A stretch of DNA of 64,000 bases from Nitrospirota bacterium (lineage in GTDB: Bacteria; Nitrospirota; UBA9217), in contig CAVVUN010000001.1 in NCBI GenBank assembly GCA_963751455.1, positions 544,001 to 608,000 of the forward strand, read 5' to 3'. The notes under the pieces are model-generated. The model did not search any database, was not told the origin of the DNA, and was given only the letters and a program-made list of their open reading frames with translations. The first letter of the stretch is position 1, and every line of letters begins with the position of its first letter. This document shows, piece by piece, positions 39,319 through 49,961 of this stretch. The translations under genes and the position numbers were made by a program.

Positions 39319-40557
39319 TTAAAACCTCCTTAGAATAAGTACGGAATTTATGCCCCCGAAGGCAAAGCTGTTTTTTATGACGGTATTGATTCTGTTGTTC
39401 GCCTGACCGTTCACATGGGAGACGATGTCGCAGCCTTCCCCCGGGTTCTTCAGATTAAGGGTGGGGATTAATTTTCCGCGATGCATCATCTGAACCGAAG
39501 CTGCAAGCTCCAGCGCTCCGCTCGCGCCCAAGGTGTGTCCCATGTGACCTTTGAGACTGCTTACCGGCACTTTTTTCTCTCCGAAAACCTCGCGTATGGC
39601 TTCCGCTTCAGCCTGATCCCCGAGGAGTGTTCCCGTCGCATGGGCATTGATATAATCCACGGCATCCGGACCGATTTCTGCGTTTGTGAGTGCGTCCTTT
39701 ATGCACCGGGCGATCGAGGCGCTGTGGGGCTGGGCGAGATGGGTCCCGTCTGACGAAGTCGAAAAGCCGGTTATCTCCGCGAGAATGACTGCGCCCCGCT
39801 CCCGTGCGCTCTCTACGGATTCGAGAACGATGCATCCGGCGCCTTCGCCGCAGACGGTCCCGTCCCGTTCGCTGTCAAACGGCCGCGGAGTTTCCCGGGG
39901 ATTGTCGTTATATTTGCATGACGTGGCGTTCAGCAGATCGAACGAACCGCACACAAGAGCATCGAGTTCATCCGCCCCCCCGCAGATCATGATGTCCTGA
40001 AGCCCGTACCGTATAGCCTCATACCCGAGGCCGATTGCCTGCGCCGAAGAAGAGCAGGCCGAATCCGGAGATATTACCCTGCCGGATATGTTCAACGCGT
40101 GGGCGATATTTGCAGCGCACGTATGGCTCATCACCTGGAAAAAAGCGCCGGACGATATATTCCGAAGCGAACCGGTCGTGAGATACTCCTTGAAATATTC
40201 GGTCAGAGATTCGGCGCTTCCCATGGATGACGAAAAACTCACTCCCGTCCTGCCCGACGAAAAGCAGGCTTCCGGAAGCCGCGCTTCCCGAATTGCTTCC
40301 TGCGCGGCATGCAGGGCCATCATCGCGGTGAGCCCCATGGTGCGCCGGTATTTTCTCGGAATCGCTTTCGGCGGAAGCGGCCCCTTGAGCGGAGCTCCCA
40401 CCCAGCAGTTCAGATCATGGATGCGGCTCTCCCATTTCTCTTTTTGAGAAACAACCGCTGACTCGCCGGCATACAGGCCGTCGATCATCGGCTTCATGCC
40501 TATTCCGAAAGGCGAAACCGCTCCCATTCCCGTAATAACGACTTTTTTTACCTGCAT
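39319..40557 (-). CDS. Beta-ketoacyl-ACP synthase (FabF-like)
   Basis: SACSSS, NAHATGT, KGHMGHTLG. Confidence 0.9.
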   Translation of the reverse strand: MQVKKVVITGMGAVSPFGIGMKPMIDGLYAGESAVVSQKEKWESRIHDLNCWVGAPLKGPLPPKAIPRKYRRTMGLTAMMALHAAQEAIREARLPEACFSSGRTGVSFSSSMGSAESLTEYFKEYLTTGSLRNISSGAFFQVMSHTCAANIAHALNISGRVISPDSACSSSAQAIGLGYEAIRYGLQDIMICGGADELDALVCGSFDLLNATSCKYNDNPRETPRPFDSERDGTVCGEGAGCIVLESVESARERGAVILAEITGFSTSSDGTHLAQPHSASIARCIKDALTNAEIGPDAVDYINAHATGTLLGDQAEAEAIREVFGEKKVPVSSLKGHMGHTLGASGALELAASVQMMHRGKLIPTLNLKNPGEGCDIVSHVNGQANNRINTVIKNSFAFGGINSVLILRRF

Positions 40558-41996
40558 TTTATTATCTCGTTCCAGAGGGTCTTGGCATCGAGGATCATAA
40601 ACGCCGCTAAAAACCCTGAAATCATGCTGCTCATCACGCCGGGGACCAGGATGCTCTGCCCGGCGAGGTAAAGCCCTTTGACCGGTGTGGCCTGCGATAA
40701 TTGCGCCTGATCGATCGACTGCTTTACTCCATACATCGAACCCCCGGGTGTACCCGTATATCTCTCATACGTAAACCGTGTCGCGCTGTCCGCGACTTTG
40801 CACTTTCCCCTGAATCCGGGGAATATCTCCAAAAACTGGCTCATGGATTTTTCGGTCTCCCACGCCTTATACTCGAGGTATCGCTCGGAGCGCCACTGAA
40901 CGTCCCGCAATTCCGGGGGAACATCGTCCGTCCCGGATTCGCGCAGAACGCAGAGCGCCTTTTTGTTGCCTGCATCGGTATTCGGTCCGCATGCCATGAT
41001 CGAGATGGGCGGCTTTCCCGATTTCCCAAACGAGTGATAATTGGTCCCGACCAGTTCTGCGGGAACATGATCGGTTTGAAGAAATACCGCAAAAGCCGAA
41101 GTCGTATTCTCGATCCGTTTGAGCCGGGATATATAGGCCGGGCGGACCGCTTCGCGGGGCAGGATATCGCGCAACAGAGCAGGATGCATCGTGCTTACGC
41201 AATGGCTGCACTCGAGCAGCTCTCCCCCGGAGATGCGAACACCGGTGAGCCGCCGCCCCTCGCCAGCCTCGATCCCGGTCGCCGTTTTGCCGCAGAGAAT
41301 CTCCACGCCCTCCTGTTTGAGCCGGGAAGAAAAAGCAGTCACGAGCTCGTCTCCGCCGTGGACAAGCGTTTGAGGAGAGCGGTAAAAAGTGCCCATGACC
41401 ATCGCGTGAAGGTAAAACGGTATTTCGCGTCCGGGTGATCCATAGAGAAACTGGCCGTATGCCCCGAGCAATTGCACAAGCGCCTCTTCGGCGCCCCGCT
41501 GGCGTAAAAAAACGTCGAGAGACTCGTTGCAGGTCGGGTCCGTCGGGACTTCGTTATAATTGAGGCTGAAATTTAAAAAGGCGGTCGATCCGAGCACGTA
41601 CTCGATCTTGCTGATATATTCATCGATCGCGTGTTTGCTTTTCGGGAAGCTGCCGGACAACGCGTCCCGGATATTCTCAATCCCGGCCGGGAACACGACT
41701 TCCTGCTCGCCGTTGCGTAAGACGTCGTATCCGTTCTCGTTCATCGGAACCGGGTTTATCTTGTCCCGCATTCTGAGATAGCGGAAAATAACCGACATGG
41801 TTCCCGATTCTTCGAACCCGCCTGTATAATGAAAACCCGGGTCACACCAGAAATCTCCGCGTTTAAACCTGCGGATCAAGGGAGCTATGCGGCTGCTTCT
41901 TTCGATGAGGGCAACGCGCTGTCCGTTTTGTGCGAGAACCAGGGCGGAGGTCAATCCGCTCATCCCGGATCCGATGACTACCGTATCATAACGCAC
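40548..41996 (-). CDS. Phytoene-desaturase-like FAD oxidoreductase
   Basis: VIGSGMSG, D.GFHY.G, GSMYG, GLYLAGQ. Confidence 0.85.
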   Translation of the reverse strand: MRYDTVVIGSGMSGLTSALVLAQNGQRVALIERSSRIAPLIRRFKRGDFWCDPGFHYTGGFEESGTMSVIFRYLRMRDKINPVPMNENGYDVLRNGEQEVVFPAGIENIRDALSGSFPKSKHAIDEYISKIEYVLGSTAFLNFSLNYNEVPTDPTCNESLDVFLRQRGAEEALVQLLGAYGQFLYGSPGREIPFYLHAMVMGTFYRSPQTLVHGGDELVTAFSSRLKQEGVEILCGKTATGIEAGEGRRLTGVRISGGELLECSHCVSTMHPALLRDILPREAVRPAYISRLKRIENTTSAFAVFLQTDHVPAELVGTNYHSFGKSGKPPISIMACGPNTDAGNKKALCVLRESGTDDVPPELRDVQWRSERYLEYKAWETEKSMSQFLEIFPGFRGKCKVADSATRFTYERYTGTPGGSMYGVKQSIDQAQLSQATPVKGLYLAGQSILVPGVMSSMISGFLAAFMILDAKTLWNEIIKCR

Positions 41997-43212
41997 TATT
42001 TGTTCCTATCAGGAGGCAGGAGTTTGTGCCGCCGAATCCGGCCGCATTGCATAATATGATCCCCGGCTTTTGATCGATGGTTTCCGCTGCAAGCCTTAAC
42101 GGCGAAGCGTCTTGTTCCTGTCCGGACAAATTAATGTTCGGCGCGATGAAACCGTCCATTCCCATAATCACCGAGTAGACCACCTGAGCGCCCCCCGCCA
42201 TCCACATCTCATGACCGGTCATCGACTTGGTCGACGATACCCATGGCGTTTTCCCGCCGAACACCTCGTAGATCGAACGCGCTTCGGCCGCGTCTCCTAC
42301 AGGAGTCGAGGTCGCGTGCGCACAAACGTAATCCACTTTGTCCGGAGAAGCTCCGCCTCTCTGAAGACATTCCTTCATACAGCGTTTGATGCCTTCGCCC
42401 GAGGGAACAGCGAGTTTCGATCCGTCGGAGCTGAACGCATAGGCCAGGATCTTTCCCAGAATCTGCGCTCCCCTTTTTTTTGCGAGCTCGTACCGCTCAA
42501 GCGCTACGATTGCCGCTCCTCCGCTCGGCACGAGACCGTCCCTGTCCTTGTCAAACGGCCGGGAGGCCCGTTCCGGGTCGTCCTGCCGGAGGGAAAAAGC
42601 ATTGGTTGCATCGAAGCTGGAAACGGATTCCCAACTGATTTCCTGGGCTCCTCCGCAGAGCACCCTGTCCTGGCGACCGAGCGCGATCAGGTCTCCCCCC
42701 TGGCCTATGGCATGGCTCCCGCTTGCGCAAGCTCCGCTGATCGTCCAGGAGGCTCCGAGAATGCCGAGTATTGTGCTCAGGTTCATTGAAACGGTGGAGT
42801 TCAGCGCCTGGAAAACAAGGCCGGCTCCGATGGGGAAGGTGCTTTTTTCTGCCAGAGTGGTCCGAACCTGCTGAAAATTGGCGATCGTCGAGGAATCGTT
42901 GCCGATGATGAGGCCGGTCCGATCGCTTTGCACGTCGCCGTCGGTCCATCCGGCCATCTGGATCGCTTCACGCGCAGCCGCATAAGTCCAGAGGCCGAAG
43001 TCGGTCATCGTGCGGCATTTTTTACGGTCCAGCTCGCGAGGAACAACAAAATCGCCGATGTGGCCCGTGAGCGCGCTGCGAAACCCAAGCTCTTTCCGGA
43101 CAGGGTCGAATTTGATCCCCGAGCGGCCGTTTTGAAGAGATGCTTTAACTTTTGCTCTGCCGGTGCCAAGGCTCGATACGATACCGATGCCTGTTATCGC
43201 TATTTCATACAT
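41986..43212 (-). CDS. Beta-ketoacyl-ACP synthase (FabB-like)
   Basis: GACASG, AHATSTPVGD, KSMTGHE. Confidence 0.9.
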   Translation of the reverse strand: MYEIAITGIGIVSSLGTGRAKVKASLQNGRSGIKFDPVRKELGFRSALTGHIGDFVVPRELDRKKCRTMTDFGLWTYAAAREAIQMAGWTDGDVQSDRTGLIIGNDSSTIANFQQVRTTLAEKSTFPIGAGLVFQALNSTVSMNLSTILGILGASWTISGACASGSHAIGQGGDLIALGRQDRVLCGGAQEISWESVSSFDATNAFSLRQDDPERASRPFDKDRDGLVPSGGAAIVALERYELAKKRGAQILGKILAYAFSSDGSKLAVPSGEGIKRCMKECLQRGGASPDKVDYVCAHATSTPVGDAAEARSIYEVFGGKTPWVSSTKSMTGHEMWMAGGAQVVYSVIMGMDGFIAPNINLSGQEQDASPLRLAAETIDQKPGIILCNAAGFGGTNSCLLIGTNSAL

Positions 43213-43245
43213 AAAGATTCAATGTAAAACGGACGAACATCCGTC

Positions 43246-43983
43246 TCACATATATATGCCCCCATTGATGCCGATGACTTGACCGACGATATATGATGCG
43301 TTGTCGGAACAAAGAAATTCGACCACTGCCGCAACCTCATCAGGCTTACCGAAGCGCCCGGCTGGAATAGAGGGCAATATTCTGTCGACCGGGAGGTCTT
43401 TCGTCATATCGGTCTCAATAAAACCCGGCGCAACGCAATTAACAATAATGCCCCGTTTGCAGACTTCGGCGGCAAGCGACTTTGTGGCGCCGATCAGCCC
43501 TGCCTTGGCTGCGGAATAGTTTACTTGCCCGGCAAGGCCGCTTTGTCCGGCTGTAGAAGCGATATTAATAATGCGGCCCGAACGCCTTTTCATCATCCCT
43601 ACCAGGACGGCCTTGGTCACGAAAAAAAAACCGAGAAGATTTACATTCGTGACGCTTTCCCAATCCTGGCGCGTCATCCACATCATGAGCGTATCCTTGG
43701 TAAGACCGGCATTATTGACGAGGACATTGGGAACGGACTTGGCAAGCATGGGTTCCAGGGTTTCAAAGACGCTTTTCTCATCGCAAACGTCGAATGGAAG
43801 CAGAACACATTCCCTTCCCAGGCCGTTTATTTCTTCCTGTATCTTTTTTGCTGCTTCGTGGTTACTGTGATAATTGACCCAGATATCATAGCCCGCCCTG
43901 GCAAGACGCAGAGCGATGGCGGCGCCAAGCCCCCTGCTGGCGCCTGTAATAAGTGCTGTTCGGCGATGGTTGTCTTCGCTCAT
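43246..43983 (-). CDS. fabG: 3-oxoacyl-ACP reductase
   Basis: TGASRGLG, NNAG, YSAAK; start moved to ATG 43983. Confidence 0.9.
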   Translation of the reverse strand: MSEDNHRRTALITGASRGLGAAIALRLARAGYDIWVNYHSNHEAAKKIQEEINGLGRECVLLPFDVCDEKSVFETLEPMLAKSVPNVLVNNAGLTKDTLMMWMTRQDWESVTNVNLLGFFFVTKAVLVGMMKRRSGRIINIASTAGQSGLAGQVNYSAAKAGLIGATKSLAAEVCKRGIIVNCVAPGFIETDMTKDLPVDRILPSIPAGRFGKPDEVAAVVEFLCSDNASYIVGQVIGINGGIYM

Positions 43984-44488
43984 TATTCCCCCGGATCTGA
44001 GACGTCCTTGCAACTTACTTCGACAAGTACAACGTCGTCCATTACAAAGGTCCTGATCTGTCACAAAGGCGTATAAATTGAAACAAATTGAAACCTTATA
44101 ATACCTTCATCACCATATTTTTGTCAATTCATATTTTCCAAAGGATATTAAGTTGACTTTACTCTGAGGCTTCAAAGGAGGCGTAATGAAAAGTTTTATG
44201 AACGTTGCACGAATTTTCAACGTCATCACAATAATGTTTAGACATATTCGCAGTCTGATAAGCTCATATTTACTTTCGTCCGCTATTCAATTCACTAGAT
44301 TTCAGTCATCCACGGGTTCTTCAACCCCGGCTATTGGGACCGTTTATAATTATTTGACAAACCGATCCGGACAAATTATTATCATCCGGATTTGAAAGAA
44401 TAGGGACTGACCCCTTTATACCTTCTTGCAAACGCGTTCGCGAATATATATATATGTAAACCTCGATCGGTAACAAAGCGAATACGTA

Positions 44489-44519
44489 TTGCACTTTTTT
44501 TCAATAAATGCTATATAAT
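44489..44519 (+). promoter_or_regulatory. Candidate sigma70 promoter for dar operon
   Basis: TTGCAC-17 nt-TATATA(AT) with TG extension; implies the real darA start lies downstream of 44508. Confidence 0.45.
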
Positions 44520-45533
44520 TTCGATTGCAGATGGAAGGTGGATTGGCCTGTGCCCCGGTCGGGATTCGATTCTAAGTCAAAATATAAAAAACGCGTTCTT
44601 GTCTTACATTATTCCCAAACCGGTCAGCTTAATTCAGCCCTGCGCAAGATGATGACGCCGCTGGAGGAGCTGCCTGATCTAGAGCTGATTTGGGAAGAGC
44701 TTAAGCCTGTCAAGCCATACCCCTTTCCCTGGCCTGTTTTCGATTTTTTCGAGGTATTCCCCGAATCCGTGCATATGGATGCGCCGGACCTGCAGCCTGT
44801 TGCCTTTGATCCGGACGGGAGGTTCGACCTCGTGATCATGGCCTATCAGGTATGGTTTTTGTCCCCGTCATTGCCTGTGACCGGCTTTCTTAAATCCGGG
44901 GCAGCGCGGGTCCTTCAAGGAAAGCCTGTCGTTACCCTTATCGTATGCAGGAACATGTGGCTTACGGCCCAGGAAAAGATGAAGGGCCTGATTGCATCAA
45001 ATGGCGGACATCTTATAGACAATGTGGTTCTTGTGGACCGGGGCGCACCGTGGACCACGTTTGTAACAACTCCGCGCTGGCTGTTGACCGGAAAGAAAAA
45101 CGGCTTTTGGGGTATATTCCCTCCCGCAGGAGTAAGCCGGGAAGACATTGACGGTGCGGCAAGGTTCGGCAGGGCGCTTGCGGATGGGCTCAGCAAACTG
45201 GAGGGAAGGCCTCCTTATGCATCTTTACTGAACGGTCTCGGCGCTGTCCGGGTAAACCCCGGGTATATCATGGGTGAAAAGATAGCCCACAGGAGTTTCT
45301 ATATCTGGGGGAAGCTGCTTAAGAGCGTGGGTGGTCCGGGTACTCTGCGGCGAAGGATTATGCTTCTGGTGTATATTGTCTTCCTGGTAACTATGATACT
45401 TACCGTGCTTCCGTTGAGCATAGTTGTCCGGGCTGTTTTAAGGCCTTTTTTTCGCCGAAAACTCGACGCGGAGGTTGCAAGGCTGGAGGGTCCATCAGGT
45501 TCTTCTCTCGAGCGTATAATTTTGTATGAATAA
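44508..45533 (+). CDS. darA: Dialkylresorcinol-condensing enzyme
   Basis: VLVLHYSQTGQL, PYPFPW..F...FPE, YQVWFLSPSLP, CRNMW..AQ; precedes KAS III; exact start uncertain. Confidence 0.85.
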   Translation: MLYNFDCRWKVDWPVPRSGFDSKSKYKKRVLVLHYSQTGQLNSALRKMMTPLEELPDLELIWEELKPVKPYPFPWPVFDFFEVFPESVHMDAPDLQPVAFDPDGRFDLVIMAYQVWFLSPSLPVTGFLKSGAARVLQGKPVVTLIVCRNMWLTAQEKMKGLIASNGGHLIDNVVLVDRGAPWTTFVTTPRWLLTGKKNGFWGIFPPAGVSREDIDGAARFGRALADGLSKLEGRPPYASLLNGLGAVRVNPGYIMGEKIAHRSFYIWGKLLKSVGGPGTLRRRIMLLVYIVFLVTMILTVLPLSIVVRAVLRPFFRRKLDAEVARLEGPSGSSLERIILYE

Positions 45534-46695
45534 TGAAAACTGTTTGACGAATAAAGTTTTTATTGCAGATATAGCGTCCTTTTTGCCGAATGCGCCGGTC
45601 GTGAACGACAAGATTGAGGATGTCCTCGGCATGGTTGACGGGCAGAAGTCGCGCTCTCGCAGGATTGTCCTCAGGAGCAACGGGATAATAACGCGCCATT
45701 ATGCCATTGATCCGACATCCGGAAAATTCACTCACAACAACGCAAAGATGACCGCTGAGGCTGTGCGCGAATTATTAAAAAAAAGCAGTGTCAGGCTGGA
45801 TGAAATAGATTGCCTCAGTTGCGGAACTTCGAGTCCCGATCAGTTGCAGCCCGCGCACGGCTGCATGGTCCAGGGCGAGCTCTCCATGCCGCCAACAGAG
45901 GTTGCGACGACATCGGGCGTCTGTCTTTCCGGGATCACGGCAATGAAGTATGCGTACACGAGCATAGCATCAGGGATGACCGGCTCCGCTGTCGCAACCG
46001 GGTCGGAGTTTGCGTCGAGCGCAATGCGGTCTTCATACTTCGAAACAGATGACCCGGCAAAGTACGAAGAGTTGAAAAATAAACCGTCCCTTGCCTTTGA
46101 AAAAGACTTCCTCAGATGGATGCTCTCCGACGGCGCCGGCGCAGCGCTTTTGACGAACAAACCGAACTCCGGCCGCACCTCTCTTCGCATAGACTGGATC
46201 GACATCCTTTCTTTTTCAGGAAACCTGCCGGTGTGCATGTATGCCGGCGGCGTCAAACGTGAAGACGGCTCCTTCGAAGGAATGCGTGAAGTTGACGATC
46301 CCCAAAAGCTGCTGAAGGAGCATTACCTCGTATTGAAGCAGGATGCACGCATCCTTGACGAGCATATTCTACCCGTGTCGGCACAAACCCTTGTGACTAT
46401 TGCGGCAAAACGAGGTCTCCAACCGGACGAAATCACGTGGTTCCTGCCGCACTATTCGTCGGAATATTTCAGGACAGGGCTTCATGACGCATTTGCGGAT
46501 GGCGGTTTCCCTATTCCGTTCGAAAAATGGTTCACCAATCTTCCCGTAAAAGGGAATGTGGGGGCCGCCTCTATCTATCTTATCATTGAAGAACTTTTTT
46601 ACTCGGGACGCCTCAAACCGGGGGACCGTCTTCTCTGCTACATCCCGGAGAGCGCCCGCTTTTCTATCGGATACATGTTGTTGACGGTAGTATAA
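45526..46695 (+). CDS. darB: DarB-type beta-ketoacyl-ACP synthase III
   Basis: GVCLSG, FEKDFLRWMLSDGAGA, PHYSS, GNVG.AS, PESARF. Confidence 0.85.
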   Translation: MNNENCLTNKVFIADIASFLPNAPVVNDKIEDVLGMVDGQKSRSRRIVLRSNGIITRHYAIDPTSGKFTHNNAKMTAEAVRELLKKSSVRLDEIDCLSCGTSSPDQLQPAHGCMVQGELSMPPTEVATTSGVCLSGITAMKYAYTSIASGMTGSAVATGSEFASSAMRSSYFETDDPAKYEELKNKPSLAFEKDFLRWMLSDGAGAALLTNKPNSGRTSLRIDWIDILSFSGNLPVCMYAGGVKREDGSFEGMREVDDPQKLLKEHYLVLKQDARILDEHILPVSAQTLVTIAAKRGLQPDEITWFLPHYSSEYFRTGLHDAFADGGFPIPFEKWFTNLPVKGNVGAASIYLIIEELFYSGRLKPGDRLLCYIPESARFSIGYMLLTVV

Positions 46696-46719
46696 AAATA
46701 AGAAACCAGGAAACGAGAG

Positions 46720-47133
46720 ATGAAAGCCAAAGACGTGCCTCAGGAAGAATGGATTACAGGTCACGGCCGCCGGGCGTGCTATGCCGAGGATGACAGCGGC
46801 AGATATGTCGTTGTGCCGAGCAAGGGATGGGAGGTCGAGAAAATCGTCAATGCCCAGGCCCATGCTGAAATCCAGCGCAGGCTTGAAGAGGTGAAGCGAG
46901 AAGTGGCTGCGGGCAAGGCAAGTCCCCTGAAATATCACATGGAAAATAACATGATGGACGTCGCCCTCCTTGCCGCGACATCCGGGTTCTGGAAATGCCA
47001 GGTCAGAAGGCATCTTCAGCCCGGGCGTTTTAACGCTCTTGACAACAAGTCCTTGGAGCTTTACGCAAAGATCTTTCGCATTTCAGTAGCGGACCTTCGG
47101 AAACTCCCTTCCGGAGAAGGGAGTTCATCATAA
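46720..47133 (+). CDS. Conserved hypothetical protein of dar/flexirubin-type clusters
   Basis: YA.D..G.Y....S.GWE...SPL.YHM...MD...LA pattern; operon position. Confidence 0.65.
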   Translation: MKAKDVPQEEWITGHGRRACYAEDDSGRYVVVPSKGWEVEKIVNAQAHAEIQRRLEEVKREVAAGKASPLKYHMENNMMDVALLAATSGFWKCQVRRHLQPGRFNALDNKSLELYAKIFRISVADLRKLPSGEGSSS

Positions 47134-48135
47134 TTGTCTAAAACCTTTGAACACCGCCATTCCGGACACTGTGAATCCGGGGCGCTGTCCGCCCTTCTCA
47201 GGGACAGAGGCCTTGATCTGAGCGAGCCGATGGTCTTCGGACTCTCCGGAGGCGTCTTTTTTGTGCACGTCCCCTTCCTCAAGATGGGCGGTATACCGCT
47301 GACGGCTTACCGGGACGCCCCCGGCGCCATTGTAAAAAAAGCCTGCAAGCGGCTTGCTATCGGAGTGAAGACGATGCGTTTCCGCGATGAGGCTGAAGGA
47401 ATGGAAACACTCGATTCCCTGCTGGCGAATGGGATGTCGGTCGGACTCAGGACCAACGTGTATTGGCTTCCGTATTTCCCGAGAGAAATGCGCTTTCAGT
47501 TTAACGCCCACCATCTCGTTGTGTTCGGCAAGGAAGGCGACGATTACCTGATAAGCGATCCGGTCTTTGACCACATCGTGAAGTGCCCGGCCGCCGATCT
47601 TAGGCGGGCGCGTTTTGCGAAAGGCATCTTTGCGCCGAAGGGCCATCTGTTCTATCCTGTTTCCATTCCGGCCTCGTTCGACATGAAAACTGCAGTCAGG
47701 AAGAGCTTGCGCGAAAGCTGCAAACGCATGACCTCGATACCCCTCCCGTTTTTCGGGATCCGGGGCATGCACTACCTGGCGCGCGAGTTCAGGAGATGGC
47801 CGGTAAAAATGGACGCTGCAAAGGCCGTCCTTAATGTCGGTTCAGTGGTTCGCATGCAGGAAGAGATCGGCACCGGCGGGGCGGGCTTCCGTTTCATGTA
47901 TGCCGCTTTTTTGCAGGAGGCCTCGGAGACCATGGGCCTCCCTGCGCTAAAAGAAGCCTCCAAAATGATGGGTGAGACCGGGGACCGCTGGAGGGCCTTT
48001 GCCGTAAAAGGCGCCCAACTCTGCAAAGGCCACATCAGCGGGAACGAAGTTTTCAATGAACTTTCCGATATGCTGAAAGATTGCGCGGACAGGGAAAAGA
48101 AAATCTACGCTCTTATACTCAAGATGATCGCATGA
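47134..48135 (+). CDS. BtrH-like (peptidase-fold, DUF4872) protein
   Basis: HCESG, FNAHH.VV.G, SDP, EEIGTGGAGFR. Confidence 0.8.
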   Translation: MSKTFEHRHSGHCESGALSALLRDRGLDLSEPMVFGLSGGVFFVHVPFLKMGGIPLTAYRDAPGAIVKKACKRLAIGVKTMRFRDEAEGMETLDSLLANGMSVGLRTNVYWLPYFPREMRFQFNAHHLVVFGKEGDDYLISDPVFDHIVKCPAADLRRARFAKGIFAPKGHLFYPVSIPASFDMKTAVRKSLRESCKRMTSIPLPFFGIRGMHYLAREFRRWPVKMDAAKAVLNVGSVVRMQEEIGTGGAGFRFMYAAFLQEASETMGLPALKEASKMMGETGDRWRAFAVKGAQLCKGHISGNEVFNELSDMLKDCADREKKIYALILKMIA

Positions 48136-48139
48136 CCGG

Positions 48140-48406
48140 TTATCCCGGCTGAATCGCGTCCGCAAGGGCGTTCACGGATTTTATGATCCGCATGGCCTCC
48201 TTGCTGTCGTGTATCTGCAGGCCGTATTCCAGCTTCAACGCCACGCACAATTCGAGGGTGTCCAGGGAGTCAAGGCCCAGGACTGAATCCTGGCCTAAAA
48301 GGGGCAAGTCGTCCTGCACGGATTCGGGAGCGGCATCGATCCGGCATGTTTGTAAAATCAGCTTCTTTATCTTCAGCTTAAATTCAGTATCCTGCGAACC
48401 CTTCAT
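48140..48406 (-). CDS. Acyl carrier protein (DarC candidate)
   Basis: LGLDSLDTLE. Confidence 0.85.
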   Translation of the reverse strand: MKGSQDTEFKLKIKKLILQTCRIDAAPESVQDDLPLLGQDSVLGLDSLDTLELCVALKLEYGLQIHDSKEAMRIIKSVNALADAIQPG

Positions 48407-48472
48407 TACTGTAAAACCTCCTCATTTTTGCGATTCTCGCAATACGCCTTACCACAAAGCACACACGCAATC

Positions 48473-48667
48473 TTCGTAATATTCAGCTTCTTTCAGAGCG
48501 ACCTTAAGACAAATCTGAGAAAAAACTTCTATCCGCAGATTTCACAGATGGACGCAGATTTTAAAACCAGAGTTCGGGTTTTGTTTTGCCTTGCGAAATC
48601 TGCCTGCACCCGGCGCTTACGAGTGCCCGCGCGAGTGCAGGGTGCGTAATCTCTGGATAAAAAAATG
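48473..48667. repeat. MITE-like family A repeat with nested 42-bp palindrome
   Basis: Direct repeat of 50925-51079 plus insertion ctgcac...gtgcagggtgc. Confidence 0.75.
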
Positions 48668-48704
48668 ACCTGAGTAGTTAGAAATCTTCAAGCATTAAAT
48701 AACA

Positions 48705-49952
48705 TCAGGAACGGCTCGTGATGGTCCTGAACCGCCAGACCGCGACGGACGCACAAACAACGGAAAAAGCGATAAGGGCCAGCGCCTCCGGCATTACGTC
48801 CCGTACGGTTCCGTTGCGTACGAAAATATCAAGGAAGCCCTCAAGTCCCCAGGACATCGGAGATATTACGCTCAACTTTTGCATGAAAGACGGCATCTCG
48901 AACGTGGGTACCATCACCCCGCCGAGCGCCCCGAAGATAATGGAGGAAGTCCCGCCAAAGGTAGTGGCCTGCTCAACGGTTTTGCAAAAGGTGGAAACCA
49001 TGAGGCCGTAGCTTACGGCCGCAACGCTTGCGCCGCAGGCAAGGACCGCCAGCGCCCCCGGAGAGTTCCCTATGACCAGCGATTCCCCGCCCAAAAGAGG
49101 CACAATATACATTCCGACAAAGAGCATCAGTATCAGCTGGGCCTGGTTTATGAAGAAGAAGGGAATGGCCTTGCCCATCACTATTGCCCATGCAGGCACA
49201 GGCATGGACATGACCCTGACCAGGCTTCCCTGCTGACGTTCCTTGATAAAGGCCACGGAAAGAGGGATTACTATAAAAAACATCGCAAAGAGAGACCAGC
49301 CCGGCACACTTTGCTGGACCGAAGTCGGCATCTCCGCGTTTTCCCCTGAAATGTTTTCCGCCTTCAAGTCGGCAAATATGCGGGTCTTTTTAATGTCCTG
49401 CGCCACGGCGGAATTTCCAAAAGGCATTGCTGCCGCGACTGAAATCAGTCTGTCGGCCAGGAGCTTCAATTCCACTCCCAGGACTGTCTGGTTGACGACC
49501 GAGATTATGAGGTTTCGGTGGTCGGCCCGCATCGCGGGGTCAACGAGCACGCGCACGTTTACGGTCTGCAATCCCGCTTTCGGCGACTTTCCACCCATTT
49601 CCCGGCCTGCGGTCCGGGTGGACCCCTCCGGGATAATGATCCCGAACTTGTATACGCCGGCGGCTATGTCTTTCTTTATTTGGGCCTCGTCAATGCCCTC
49701 GGCCTTTTTCACATTTATGTTTTTGACTTCGGAAACCCCTTTGACAATGGCCTTCCCCACCTTGCCGCCGTCCAAATCCAGTATTGCTCCGTTGAAGACA
49801 GCACCGCCGCCCTTTTCCTTGAAAACGTTCTGAAGGGCCAGGGACATGATGAGCACAAAGGCAAGAGGCATGGCAAACAGGATCAGAAGTGCCTCCCTGT
49901 CCCTGAAAATGATCTTTACTTCCTTTGTTATCGATGCCAGGAGTTTTTCCAC
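48705..49952 (-). CDS. ABC-2 exporter permease
   Basis: KE....RD...L..LF.MP; VPGW.LF.MFF; GALGG.MVP. Confidence 0.9.
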   Translation of the reverse strand: MEKLLASITKEVKIIFRDREALLILFAMPLAFVLIMSLALQNVFKEKGGGAVFNGAILDLDGGKVGKAIVKGVSEVKNINVKKAEGIDEAQIKKDIAAGVYKFGIIIPEGSTRTAGREMGGKSPKAGLQTVNVRVLVDPAMRADHRNLIISVVNQTVLGVELKLLADRLISVAAAMPFGNSAVAQDIKKTRIFADLKAENISGENAEMPTSVQQSVPGWSLFAMFFIVIPLSVAFIKERQQGSLVRVMSMPVPAWAIVMGKAIPFFFINQAQLILMLFVGMYIVPLLGGESLVIGNSPGALAVLACGASVAAVSYGLMVSTFCKTVEQATTFGGTSSIIFGALGGVMVPTFEMPSFMQKLSVISPMSWGLEGFLDIFVRNGTVRDVMPEALALIAFSVVCASVAVWRFRTITSRS

Positions 49953-49961
49953 TGCAAGCCC

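Noticed and set aside
18195-43983. Calling the cluster a ladderane pathway
   Set aside because: Gene content overlaps proposed ladderane-associated clusters, but nothing in the sequence demonstrates that product; darAB points to resorcinol chemistry
44401-44417. gggactgaccccttta resembling a Y1-element end
   Set aside because: Single short motif with no partner or transposase remnant; insufficient support
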